Shown here in pieces: positions 11,527 through 23,299 of a DNA stretch of 64,000 bases. The stretch comes from Raja brachyura (lineage: Eukaryota): the NCBI GenBank assembly GCA_963514005.1, contig OY740782.1, positions 150,350,001-150,414,000 of the forward strand. The letters run 5' to 3'. Under the pieces are notes generated by a model. The model was not told where the DNA came from. It saw only the letters and a program-made list of their open reading frames with translations, and made no database searches. The translations under genes and the position numbers were made by a program. The first letter of the stretch is position 1; every line of letters begins with the position of its first letter.

Positions 11527-11985
11527 ACATAGAAACATAGAAAATAGGTGCAGGAGTAGGCCATTCGGCCCTTCGAGCCTGCACCGCCGTTCAATATGAT
11601 CATGGCTGATCATCCAACTCAGTATCCCGTATCTGCCTTCTCTCCATACCCCCTGATCCCTTTAGCCACAAGGCCACATCTAACGCCCTCTTAAATATAG
11701 CCAACGAACTGACCTCAACTACCTTCTGTGGCAGAGAATTCCACAGATTCACCACTCTCTGTATGAAAAATGATTTTCTCATCTCGGTCCTAAAATATTT
11801 TCCCCTTATCCTTAAACTGTGACCCCTTGTTCTGGACTTCCCCAATATCGGGAACAATCTTCCTGCATCTAGCCTGTCCAACCCCTTAAGAATTTTGTAA
11901 GTTTCTATAAGACCCCCCTCAATCTTCTAAATTCCAGCGAGTACAAGCCGAGTCTATCCAGTCTTTCTTCATATGCCATCCCAGG
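11527..11985 (-). mobile_element. CR1 LINE 3' fragment in the J-CH1 intron
   Basis: ORF 11600-11881 RTRGHSLRI...FFIQRVVNLWNSLP plus tail. Confidence 0.92.
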
Positions 11986-12174
11986 TGATAAGGCAAGTTT
12001 AAATCGGGAATCTCACTGGAGCAGAATCACATAACATTCTAAATCACAACATCGATCCAACATTGCAATGAATGGGTAATTAATGTAGCAGAACAATTTA
12101 ATACAATTATTGGAAATAGCGAGTAAAATTACAACTGGATACATCTAGATACTGAATAGGATGAAGTTTCTTAC

Positions 12175-12222
12175 CGCTGGTTACCGTCACCATGGTGCCT
12201 CCTCCCCAGTTCTCAAGTCCGT
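12175..12222 (-). CDS. IGHJ: JH segment GLENWGGGTMVTVTS
   Basis: WGxG motif, phase-1 donor G|GTAAG, preceded by a 23-RSS. Confidence 0.96.
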
Positions 12223-12261
12223 CACGGTGTTACATTCTATGGGTCTCTTCACACAATAACA
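12223..12261 (+). promoter_or_regulatory. J RSS: CACGGTG - 23 bp - ACAATAACA
   Basis: Heptamer 12223-12229, spacer 12230-12252, nonamer 12253-12261. Confidence 0.9.
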
Positions 12262-12589
12262 TGATCTGCACCAGGCAGGCAAAAAAGAACAAAAATCCTG
12301 TAAATTATTCGTATTTCACATCTAAGGCGAATGCCTTATTGCTCTTTGAAAACAATGAATGCGTTAAAAAAATCATTTCCAACAATAATCAGGTAACACG
12401 GCGCCGTGTATTAAACAGGGCAGTGAAATGTGATAAGAATCATCTACATATAAAATATAAATTACCTCAAGTTACCTATACAATAAAATGTGCGAAAATA
12501 TTCCTGTACATGTTTATGGTCCTGTTGTATGAAATATTGAATTGAAAATATCATATACTGGCCCAGATCACAGTATTATGGGTTGTGGA

Positions 12590-12617
12590 TGTTTTTGTAT
12601 TGGTAGGAACCGCTGTG
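12590..12617 (-). promoter_or_regulatory. J-facing D RSS: CACAGCG - 12 bp - ACAAAAACA
   Basis: Heptamer 12611-12617, spacer 12599-12610, nonamer 12590-12598. Confidence 0.92.
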
Positions 12618-12629
12618 CCATCCAGTATA
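12618..12629 (-). other. IGHD: DH segment TATACTGGATGG (12/12 RSS, D2-type)
   Basis: Flanked by inward-facing RSSs with 12-bp spacers; all three frames open (YTGW / ILD / YWM). Confidence 0.93.
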
Positions 12630-12657
12630 CACAGTGAAACATGTCATGTCAAATACT
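12630..12657 (+). promoter_or_regulatory. V-facing D RSS: CACAGTG - 12 bp - TCAAATACT
   Basis: Consensus heptamer 12630-12636, 12-bp spacer, diverged nonamer 12649-12657. Confidence 0.9.
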
Positions 12658-12901
12658 TCGCTCTTCAAGAACTGATGCATGTACTGCTCACAGAGGATAT
12701 GTCCCCAGGGTACTCTTGGCTGTCACGTATAAAGCTAAACGGTGTTCTTCTAAAGCTCATATAAAATAACGTGAATTGGTCGGAAGATAGTTGGACATTT
12801 CTCAAAACAATCCATGTAACTTTGCTTTTGAATTTGAATTTGCTTCACTCGGCCTCTCCTACGGTGCTTGTGGGTTCGAACAGGAGAAAACTAGGTGTGG
12901 G

Positions 12902-12939
12902 GGTTTTTGTATGGGGAAGTCGCTGTATGCAGCACCGTG
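12902..12939 (-). promoter_or_regulatory. RSS 3' of V: CACGGTG - 22 bp - ACAAAAACC
   Basis: Heptamer 12933-12939, spacer 12911-12932, consensus nonamer 12902-12910. Confidence 0.95.
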
Positions 12940-13247
12940 ACCCACTCTTGCACAGTAATAGACAGCGGTGTCTTCGATCCTCAGGTTCCTGGCGATCACG
13001 GTGAACATGTTGTTCGAATTGTCTTTGGACGGAGTAAATCGGCTCTTTATCCCCGGAGCGTAGTACTCGCTACCAGAACTGTAGTATTCAAGCAGCCACT
13101 CCAGCCCCTGCCCGGGGACCTGACGGACCAAATGCATATAGGCGCTGCTAAGAGTGAACCCGCTGGTTTTACAGGTCAGTGTGATGGAGCCTCCAGGAAC
13201 GGCGGTCCCCGTCTTGGGCTGAGTTAGAACGACATCGGAATGGACAC
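12940..13247 (-). CDS. IGHV: VH exon of an IgM cluster: (R)[52 protein letters not shown]...[12 protein letters not shown]
   Basis: Acceptor TTTTAACTTGCAG; open frame with both V-domain cysteines and YYCAR; elasmobranch IgM-type framework; followed by an RSS. Confidence 0.97.
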
Positions 13248-13422
13248 CTGCAAGTTAAAAAAGGCATGAATGGTGAGAATAAATTATTGACCATGAATCC
13301 CCCGACTCTAATTATCAATAGGAAATAAATTGGGAGGGTTCTAGAGTGGGTAGAAGGGGAACGGTGTAGTGGATATACCACTGAGAAACTTGCGTGAGGA
13401 ATTTGTCCAACTCATTACTCAC

Positions 13423-13468
13423 GGACTATTAGCGCCAGGAACAGACTCAGTGAAACCGCCGACCTCAT
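13423..13468 (-). CDS. IGHV: Ig heavy-chain leader exon (L-part1), MRSAVSLSLFLALIV
   Basis: ATG at 13468; 46-nt exon encoding a hydrophobic signal peptide; phase-1 donor C|GTGAGT; splices in frame to the V exon. Confidence 0.95.
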
Positions 13469-13560
13469 CCCGCTGGGAAGTGTGACCCGGTTTGTTTCTG
13501 TACAGAACCTCGCAACAAACCAACTGCAAGGAAGTTGGACTTCGGACCATCTTAGAGAGG

Positions 13561-13630
13561 ATTAAATACCCGGCAAAAGAGGGTGTGGCTTTGGGCGGGA
13601 CTTGTAAACCGAGAGGTGCAGCGGGCGGAG
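13561..13630 (-). promoter_or_regulatory. VH promoter: TATA-like TATTTAAT and GC boxes; no octamer
   Basis: TATTTAAT about 95 nt upstream of the ATG; GGGCGG near 13593 and 13623; no ATGCAAAT or ATTTGCAT between the ATG and the gap at 13896. Confidence 0.6.
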
Positions 13631-14065
13631 CTGAGACACGGCTCCCAACTCAACAGCAAGATGGACTCACGCTTCCACATCTATTAACTGATACAGATGC
13701 ACAAGAGGTTAATAAAACAGCGTGCTTTTCCGCCCCTTACACAATATAAACTCATGGTATAGTTGTAAATAAGATGGTGGAAAGATAGTGCAGGTTTTTC
13801 TTAAAATATGTTCGGAATTCCTCAAATTTATATTAAAATGCGTCTGGGTGTGCGTGTGCTTGCGTGTGTGAGAGGGAGAGAGAGGAGAGGTGAGANNNNN
13901 NNNNNNNNNNNNNNNNNNNNNNNNNNNNNNNNNNNNNNNNNNNNNNNNNNNNNNNNNNNNNNNNNNNNNNNNNNNNNNNNNNNNNNNNNNNNNNNNNNNN
14001 NNNNNNNNNNNNNNNNNNNNNNNNNNNNNNNNNNNNNNNNNNNNNNNNNNNNNNNNNNNNNNNNN

Positions 14066-14250
14066 GAGACAAAATCCTGGAGTAACTCAGCGGGACAGGC
14101 AGCATCTCTGGAGAGAAGGAATGTGTGACGTTTTGGGTCGAGACTCTTCTTCAGACCTCCAGAGATGCTGCCTGTCCCGCTGAGTTACTCCAGGATTTTG
14201 TGTCTAGCTTCGATTTAAAGCAGCATCTGCAGTTCTTTCCTACACATTCC
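14066..14250. mobile_element. Penelope-like pLTR in inverted arrangement (perfect 45-bp arms)
   Basis: 14069-14113 is the exact reverse complement of 14157-14201. Confidence 0.8.
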
Positions 14251-14279
14251 AATATCAAGATACATTTATTTGTCACATG

Positions 14280-16222
14280 TCCCCCGTTTCCCAATGTTCA
14301 ATAGATTCAGGGGGAGTTCCTGTGGATTGGAGGATAGCTAATGTTATCCCACTTTTCAAGAAAGGAGCGAGAGAGAAAACGGGCAATTCGGGCTGAAAAG
14401 ATAAGTACGAGGGGAAGCTGGCCAGGAATATAAAGAAGGACAGTAAAATCTTCTTTAGATATGTTAAGGGAAAAAGATTAGCAAAGTCAAATGTGGGTCC
14501 CTTGAACGCAGACACGGGTGAAATAATTATGGGCAACAAGGAAATGGCAGAAGAGTTGAATAGGTACTTCGGATCCGTCTTCACTAAGGAGAACACAAAC
14601 AATCTCCCAGATGTACTGGAGGATAGAGGATCTGAGGGGGTAGAGCAACTGAAAGAAATTTTCATTAGGCGAGAAATAGTATTGGGTTGGCTAATGGGAC
14701 CGAAAGATGATAAATCCCCTGGGCCTGATGGTCTGCATCCCAGGGTCCTCAGGGAGGTGGCTGATTGGAGGATAGCTAATGTTATCCCACTTTTCAAGAA
14801 AGGAGCGAGAGAGAAAACGGGGAATTACAGACCAGTTAGTCTGACCGGTGGTGGGAAAGATGCTAGAGTCAATTATTTAAGAGGTAATAATGGGGCATTT
14901 GGATAACAATAAAAGGATTAGTCCAAGTCAACATGGATTTATGAAAGGGAAATCATGCTTGACTAATCTTCTGGAATTTTTTGAGGATGTGACAAGTAAA
15001 ATGGATGAAGGGGTGCCAGTGGATGTAGTGTATCTAGGTTTTCAGAAAGCCTTTGATAAGGTCCTCCACGGGAGACTGGTGACTAAAATTAGAGCACATG
15101 GTATTGGGGGTAGGGTGTTGACAGGGATAGAAAATTGGTTGGCAGACCGGAAGCAAAGAGTAGGAGTGAACGGGTCCCTTGCAGAATGGCAGGCAGTGGC
15201 GAGTGGAGTGCCACAAGGCTCGGTGTTGGGGCCGCAACTGTTTACCATATGTAGTAATGATTTGGAAGAGGGAATTAGGAGCAACACTAGCAAGTTTGTG
15301 GATGACACAAAGCTGGGTGCAAGTGTGAACTGTGAATAGAATGTTCAGAGGTTACAGGGTGACGTGGACAGGTTGAGTGAGTGGGCAGATGCGTGGCAGA
15401 TGCAGTACAATATAGATAAATGTTAGGTTATCCACTTTGGCGGCAAAAACAAGGGGGCAGTTTATTATCTCAATGGGGTTAGGTTAGGTAAGGGGGAGGT
15501 GCAGCGAGACCTGGGTGTCCTTGTACACCAGTCACTGAAAGTTGGCATGCAGGTACAGCAGGCAGTGAAGAAAGCTAATGGAATGTTGGCCTTCATAACA
15601 AGAGGATTTCAGTATAGGTTCTTCTGCAGTTGTATAGGGCTCTGGTGAGACCACATCTGGAGTATTGTGTACAGTTTTGGTCTCATAATTTGAGGAAGGA
15701 CATCCTTGTGATTGAGGCAGTGCTGTGTAGGTTCACGAGATTGATCCCTGGGATGGTGGGACTGTCATATGAGGAAACATTGAAAAGACTAGGCTTGTAT
15801 TCACTGGAGTTTAGAAGGATGAGTGGAGATCTTACAGAAACATATAAAATTATAAAAGGACTGAACAAGGTAGATGCAGGAAAAATGTTCCCAATGTTGG
15901 GCGAGTCCAGAACCAGGGACCGCAGTCTTAGAATAAAGGGGAGGTCATTTAAGACTGAGGTGAGAAAAAACCTTTTCACCCAGAGAGTTGTGGATTTGTG
16001 GAATTCCCTGCCACAGAGGGCAGTGGAGGCCAAGTCACTGGATGGATTTAAGAGAGATTTAGATAGAGCTCGAGGGGCTAGTGGAGTCAAGGAATATGGG
16101 GAGAAGGCAGGCACGGGTTATTGATAGGGGACGATTAGCCATGATCACAGTGAATGGCCGTGCTGGCTAGAAGGGCCAAATGGCGTCGTCCTGCACCTAT
16201 TTTCTATGTTTATATGTTTCTA
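14280..16222 (+). mobile_element. CR1 LINE ORF2 (RT), truncated and disrupted
   Basis: [60 protein letters not shown] motifs with stops and frameshifts. Confidence 0.95.
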
Positions 16223-16879
16223 TGTACCAGCTGGTGCAGTGAAATGTGTGGTCACCATACAGCCCTACAGATAAAATGTCAAAACTGAGAGTTGTTACAT
16301 AAAAGGCAGTAGAGGAACTAGATACAAAGCAAACACAAAATTCTATTAAAATGTCATTAAGAGATCGGAAGGAAATTAATGGATGGCATAGTGCAGGAGG
16401 GGAATTGTAGATTGGTGCAGTGATTGGAGAAATTATCGGCATTAGTGATGATTCATGCGGTGTTGATTTTCAGATGCTGCTTCCAAAAAGCAAAGTTGAA
16501 TGAAGGCACATTCTAACCAATTAATCAATGAGCATATTTGTTGGATAGTGTTTCAATGATTCAGACTGCACTGGTTGGGCGGATGGTGTCGAAAAATCTA
16601 ATAGAGATATCTGAAGAAGAATCCACTAGAGTTATCTGAGGAGATAGATAAAAACAGTAGTTAACCGATTTGTGAGGAAAACACGAGGAGTGTCGAACAT
16701 TTAAGGTGCATGCGGGCAATTAAAGTTTCCCGCGTTCCAACATAGTATTCTTCTGTGACTTGAATTTTAATTCATCATTGTATTTTCTATGCATCTGTGA
16801 ATTTGTCACATGTGGCATTCATATGTATGCAGAGAATGTTATTGATCCCAGCCATTGTTGGTAAATACAGGGATATGCT

Positions 16880-17800
16880 CTATACTCTATACTCTTGACT
16901 GTGTAGCCGGTCATAGCGCGAACTCCATCATCAAGTTCGCTGACAACACCACTGTTGTGGGACGTATCACTGATGGGGATGAGTCCGAGTATAGAAGAGA
17001 GATCGAGCAACTGTCCATATGGTGCCAGCACAACAACCTGGCCCTCAACACCAGCAAAACCAAGGAACTGATTGTGGACTTTGGAAGGAGTAGGATGGGG
17101 ACCCACAGTCCTGTTTATATCAACGGGTCGATGGTTGAAAGGGTCAAGAGCTTCAAATTCTTGGGCGTGCACATCTGTGAAGATCTTTCCTAGTCCGAGA
17201 ACACAGATGCAATTATTAAGAAAGCTCATCAGCGTCTCCACTTCCTGAGAAGATTACGGAGAGTCGGTTTGTCAAGGAGGACTCTCTCTAACTTCTACAG
17301 GTGCACAGTAGAGAGCTTGCTGACTGGTTGCATCATGGCTTGGTTCGGCAACTTGAGCGCCCTGGAGAGGAAAAGACTACAAAAAATAGTAAACACTGCC
17401 CAGTCCATCATCGGCTCTGACCTTCCTTCCATCGAGGGGATTTATCACAGTCGCTGCCTCAAAAAGGCTGGCTGGCAGCATCATCAAGGACCCACACCAC
17501 CCTGGCCACACACTCATCTCCCTGCTACCTTCGGGTAGAAGGTACAGGAGCCTGAAGACTGCAACAACCCATTTAGGAATAGCTACTTCCCCACAGCCAA
17601 CAGGCTATTAAACCAGGCTCGGAACTCTGAACATTAATATACCTCCATCTGTTATTTGCACTTTATTAATTTATTAATTCATGGGTGTATTTATGTATAG
17701 AATTGTAGTCAATGCCTTCTATGTTCTGTTGTGCTATGCAAAGAAAGATTTTCATTGTCCTGTCAGGGACACATGACAATAAACTCTTTTGACTTGACTT
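16880..17800 (+). mobile_element. Rex1/Babar LINE 3' part
   Basis: DCVA...IIKFADNTTVVG...WCQHNNLALNTSKTKELIVDF; (GACTT)n tail. Confidence 0.92.
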
Positions 17801-18409
17801 TGAACATGTATCATATTAAAAGTCAAAAGTCTTTTGACTTTTGGCTTTTGATATGATACATGTTCTCAGTTAACCTAGCTTTGTAGAAAATATTATTGAC
17901 TAACATCATCTATATGCACTTCAACTTTATTTTTACAGGAGAGAACGTTGACAATTTAAAATAAATGTCTCTGATGTAATCTGTTTGGAGATTTGCATTT
18001 CTTTCTCACTTTATCTGTTTTCCGCCTCTGGGGAAACATTGATTCTGTTTCTGTCCTTCAGTGAACGAACCTGGGTCTGGGGCTGTTGAAATCAGCCTTT
18101 ATTTAAATCAGCTCATCTCTGCTTCCAGCCATTTTTAGAGCAACACAAACAAGTCAATGAAGATATAATTATCAACAGCGATTATATGTTTTAACGATAT
18201 TGGCAGTTGGCGCGAATCAACGGAATTCTCCGAGGGAGTCTATTTTATCATATCTTGTTCAAATAAAATGATGTCGTTTTCTATTACGGATTCACTTTGA
18301 ATATTATTTTGTTGTCCACTTGAATCTCCACTTGAAGAAATGTCTAAGCACGTGAGGTCAATGGAGGAATCGAGTTCTTTCCACACCTCCACTGTAGGCT
18401 TTTCATTAT

Positions 18410-18685
18410 TAACACACATACTTACGCACACACACGCACACACACAAAATTACACATACACACACTCACAAACGCACACTCACACACACACACATAGCAG
18501 CACACACACTCGCATTCACAAACACTCACACACGCACGCATACACACATAGCAGCACACACACTCGCATTCACAAACACACACACATACTCAGACACACA
18601 CACTCAGACACACACACGTACGCACGCACAAATACACACTCACACACGAACACACACACACTCACACACATAGCAGCACACATTC
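18410..18685. repeat. Degenerate (CA)n low-complexity tract
   Basis: Direct reading. Confidence 0.95.
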
Positions 18686-19621
18686 AGGCCTGTACGAAGC
18701 TTTTCAAAAAGGGGGGTGGCATGACAGGGTTACAAAAAATGTATGTGAAGTAATGTGCACACAGCGCACATCACGAGCGTGAAGGCCCTCGCGGCCGGGG
18801 TTTTAGATGATATCTGTTGCACTCTGAGCCTTATTTTGGAGTATTTTTGCACCAAATTTATGACAATATTTCAGAAATAATTTTGGTGGAGTCAAGATTA
18901 ATAATTGCAGAGCTGCTAAGTTTCACCGAGAAATTCCATATTTTGATGGCTGAAAATCAGTATTTTGTTGGGGAAATCGGTATTTCTCACTTAAATGCAA
19001 TGGAACGTACTACATAGAAACTAGATTTTTGAAAATCAGTGGTTTGCATGCAACCTCATGTATTCTCAAATATCATTATGGAATACTGAAAATCAGTATT
19101 ACTGAATTGTGAAACCATTTTTGAAAGGTGAATTTATAATTCTTGATTTTGATTCCATAACATAAAAATATATAATAACATACATATTTGACCCCCATGT
19201 CGCCCCTGGATTTTGGAATATTCAATTGAAATATCTCCTGACCAAATTCATGATATATATGACCAACTGTAGAAGTTAAACCTGGATAAATCCAACGTAT
19301 AGTTGTGAATGTTGCTCAATAAATAACTACAGCACTGATACTCCATGTTAAGAGCACTGATTTGCTGTTACAATGAATTCTGTAATAACGTGTCAACGGT
19401 AGCTGTGACAATCGAACACGGCGGTTTTAATGTTTCACGTGTTCACAATTTAATAATCCATCTTAATAGATTAAATCAAATACTAACATTGGGAATTAAA
19501 ACACACTTGATTGTATTCCGCTATCAAACATAGTCAATGTTCGCTCTGAAGTGATTTCCAGCGCAGTAGGGTCGGTGGGTGGGCGAATCAGAGCAGGATG
19601 AATAGGGGATTGAGAGGGCAA

Positions 19622-19835
19622 TCAATAGACAATAGGTGCAGGAGTAGGCCATTAGGCCCTTTGAGCCAGCACCGCCATTCACTGTGATCACGGCTGATCA
19701 TTCCCAATCAGTATCCCGTCCCTGCCTTCTCCCACTATCCCCTGACTCCACTATTTTTAAGAACCCTATCTAGCTCTCTCTTGAAAGCATCCATAGAACC
19801 TGCCTCCACCGCCCTCTGAGGGCAGATAATTCCTC
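19622..19835 (-). mobile_element. CR1 3' tail
   Basis: Reverse complement of the CR1 3'UTR and tail. Confidence 0.85.
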
Positions 19836-19929
19836 AGACCGTACGGAATGGATGGATTGAGGCTGGGGAATTAGTGCGTGTCGGTTGGATTAGGTAAAAT
19901 TGTGATGGGGGGGGCGCGGGGGATTTCAG

Positions 19930-20370
19930 TGGCGATCAGTACGGGATGGATTGGGGGGGAAGAATCAGTACAGGATGGATGGGGGGGATCAGTGCAGGGT
20001 CGAAGGGAGTATCAGTACAGGATTAATGGGGAGATCAGTGCAGGATGAATGGGTAGTTATTTACAGGATAGATTGGGAGATCAGTGCAGGATAAATGGAG
20101 GGGGGGGTCAGTACAGGATGGATTGGGAGATCAGTGCAGGATAAATGGAGGGGGGGTCATTACAGGACGAATGGGGTAAGCAGTGCAGGATGGATGGGAA
20201 AGGGGGTCAGTGCAGGATGGATGGGAAAGGGGGTCAGTGCAGGATGAATTGGGGGTCCATTGTAGGATGGATGGGGGATGGCAGGAGAATCAATGTGAGG
20301 TGGATAGGGAGATCAGTGCAGGATGTATAGATGGGGGGGGGGGGCACAGGGGATGTCAGTGAGGACTGAA
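19930..20370. repeat. G-rich minisatellite, ~25-30-bp unit like GATCAGTGCAGGATGGATGGGGGG
   Basis: About 15 degenerate tandem units. Confidence 0.85.
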
Positions 20371-20470
20371 TAGAGGCGGGAATTGGGATCAGCGGGTCAG
20401 GCAGCATCTCGGGAGCAAAGGAATAAGTGACGTGAGAGTCGGGGTCCCAGGATAACGGGGGTGGAGGGCG

Positions 20471-20516
<46 letters not shown>

Positions 20517-20539
20517 AAGGGGCAGAGGAGGTGGGGAGG

Positions 20540-21410
20540 AAGGAAGGTCAGCGCTCCTTGGACAACACCGGCATCATTTCCCCGCTGCCTTGGCCGTCCC
20601 TGCCTCCCTCCCTCCCCCTTTGCGGCGGCACTTAGTTGGGAACTCTTCGCCACCGCCTCCCCTCCGGAGTGGCACATAGCGACCGCTATGGGGGCGCGCG
20701 GGGCCGCCGCTGCTGCTGCTGTTGGGCGAGGCCCGACATTCGCTCCGACCCTCGGTCACCCCGCACTCCAGCCTCCGCCGCCCAAAGCCCAAAGCGAGGG
20801 CCCGCGGCGGGGAGGGGGAGGGGGAGGGGGAGGGGGGCGAGGGAGCGGCCGAAGAGGCGCCTGGTGACGGGTCACTGCCGCTGCCAGCAGTGTTCAGTCA
20901 GTCAGTCCTTCCCGCTTCCCACCCGGTGACGGGAGAACGGACCGCCCGCCCGCCCGCCCGCCCGCCGGCAGCGGCCCCTCTCCATGGCCGGCGGGGGGCG
21001 AGGCTCAGGCTCCGACGCCGCGGATGGATGGATGGATGGATGGAGGCGATCGATGCCCCGCGCTGGGAGACACCGCAACGGAGAAGCGGCCACTCCTTTT
21101 TGTCCCAAATCATCCCGCGGGTCGGATTGGACCATTCGCGGGGAGTTTAAAACACCCGATAAAAAAACAAACGGCTTCCCTCTCCCGTAACACAACGTAA
21201 CACAATATTTCACGGCCCAATATTTTACTCACCCAAACTAGGCCCGGGGCGTCGAGTCGAGGCGAGGCATTTAAAATGGCGGCGTCTAATGCCGCCCACT
21301 GCGCACGCGCGGAGAGACGGAGCGTCACCAGCTTCCCCCCAACTGCGCAGGTCGCGAATATTTGTTTCGAATCATCCCGCGGCTCAATTTGTTTTTCTCG
21401 GGATTTGTTT
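20540..21410 (-). promoter_or_regulatory. CpG island with YY1/NRF1-like motifs and a splice donor (orphan promoter / first-exon-like)
   Basis: Very CpG-dense; GCCGCCATTTT (21273-21283, minus), TGCGCACGCGC (21300-21310), TGG|GTGAGT donor at 21232 on minus. Confidence 0.55.
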
Positions 21411-21464
21411 TTATTCTGGACCCAACGCAACCCCATGTCACATACATCAAGCACTGCCATGTAC

Positions 21465-23010
21465 GTCCAAAATTGCACACAATATTCCAGGTGCGGTCTC
21501 ACCTGAGCCCTGTACAATTGCCAGTAGGACCACCTTGCTCCGCAACTCAAATCCTCTCACAATGAAGGCCAATGTGCCATTAGATTTCTCACTGCCTGCC
21601 GTACCTGCATGCTTACTGTCAGTGACTGATGTACAAGCACACCCAGGTCTCGTTGCACCTCCCCTTTTCCAAATCTGACACCATTCAGATAATAAACTGC
21701 CTTCCTGTTCTTGCTACCAAAGTGGGGAACCTCACATGTATCCACATTATACTGCATGCATCTGTCTTGTTTTAAGTCACCTTGCAGACTCATAGCATCC
21801 TCATCGCAGCTCCCACTGCCACCCAACGTTGTGTCATCCGTAAACTTAACTTGGAAATGACACATTTAATTCCCTCGTCTAAATCGTCAATAAATCTTGT
21901 AAATAACTAGGGTCCCAGCACCGACCTTGACGCACATCATTTGTCACTGCCTGGCATTTGGAAAAGGACCAGTTAATGCCTATTCTTTGCTTCCTGTCTG
22001 CTAACCAGTTCTCTATCCATGTCAATACCCTTCCCCAATACCATGTGATCTAACTTTGCACACTAATCCCTTGTGTGGGACCTTGTCAAAGATTTTTTGA
22101 AAATCCGGATACACCACATCCACTGGCTCTCCCTTATCCATTCTACTTGTTACATCCTCAAAAAATTCCAGAAGATTAGTCAAGCATGATTTTCCTTCAT
22201 AAAGCCATGCTGACTTTGACCAATGCTGTCATTGCTTTCCAAATGCGCCGCTGCAACATGTTTAATAATCAACTCCAGCATCTTCCCCAGCACCGATGTA
22301 AGGATAACTGGTCTCTAATTCCCCGTTTTCTCTCTCCCTCCTTTCTTTATAAGCGGAGTTACAACGGTTACCCTCCAGTATACAGGAACGGATCCAGTCG
22401 AGAGAATATTGAAAAATGATAACCAATGCATTCACGATTTCTAGGGCCACCTCCTTGAGTACTCTGGGATGCAGACCATCAGGACCTGGGGATTTATCTG
22501 CCTTCAGTCCCAACAGTTTACATAACATCATTTCCTGGCTAACGTGCGTTCCCTTCAGTTCTTCCCTCCCACTAAATCCTCGGTCCCCAAGTATATCTGG
22601 GAGATTGTTTGTGTCCTCCTTAGTAAATACTGAACCAACGTACTCGTTTAACTGTTGTGCCATTTCCTTGCTTTCCATTAGAAATTCACCTGTCTCTGAT
22701 TGGAAGTGACCTAAATTTTCTTCACTGATCTTTTCCTTTTTACATATCTAAAGAAGCTATTGCAGTCAGTTTGATTTTCCTCCCCTGTTGAGTTTTAAAT
22801 TTCTCCCAGCCCTCTGGCCAATTTATATAACCTCTTCCTTGGATTTAACACTATCCTTGATTTCCCTTGTCAGTCACGTTGAGCCGCCTTCCCCATATTT
22901 CCTTCTCTAGACAGGGATGAACACATGTTGGAGTTCATCCATGTGGTCTTTAAATATTTGCGATTGCATCTCCACCATCAACACTTTAAGTATAATTTGC
23001 CAGTCTATCC
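21465..23010 (-). mobile_element. CR1 LINE ORF2, decayed
   Basis: ORFs 21110-21550, 21557-21865 and 22262-22678 carry CR1 RT motifs. Confidence 0.92.
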
Positions 23011-23299
23011 TAGCCAATAGATCAGCCATGATCACATTGAATGACGGTGCTGGCTCGAAGGGCCAAATGGCCTACTCCTGCACCTATTGTCTATTGTCTG
23101 TTGTCAATTCCCGTCTCATACCCTCAACGTCTCTTAATAGTTGCTTAATATTATTTGGCTTGGTGCTGCATATAAAAGATGCTTCAATCCCTTTTGTTAC
23201 TACACATGGTCTTGGAGACAACACATCTTTCCTCCACGGTGAACATATTATAACTAGTTTCCATTTAAATCGGAAAAGGCATTTCCCTCTCATTCCCTC

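Noticed and set aside
8419-12174. Switch region in the J-CH1 intron
   Set aside because: No tandem G-rich or AGCT repeat array present
12660-12900. Search for a separate D1 segment between V and D
   Set aside because: The CACAG-like word at ~12689 (and another at ~12569) lacks a correctly spaced nonamer
18130-18400. Ig-like start VEVWKELDSSIDLTC on minus strand
   Set aside because: No in-frame Trp or second Cys, a stop codon, and no RSS
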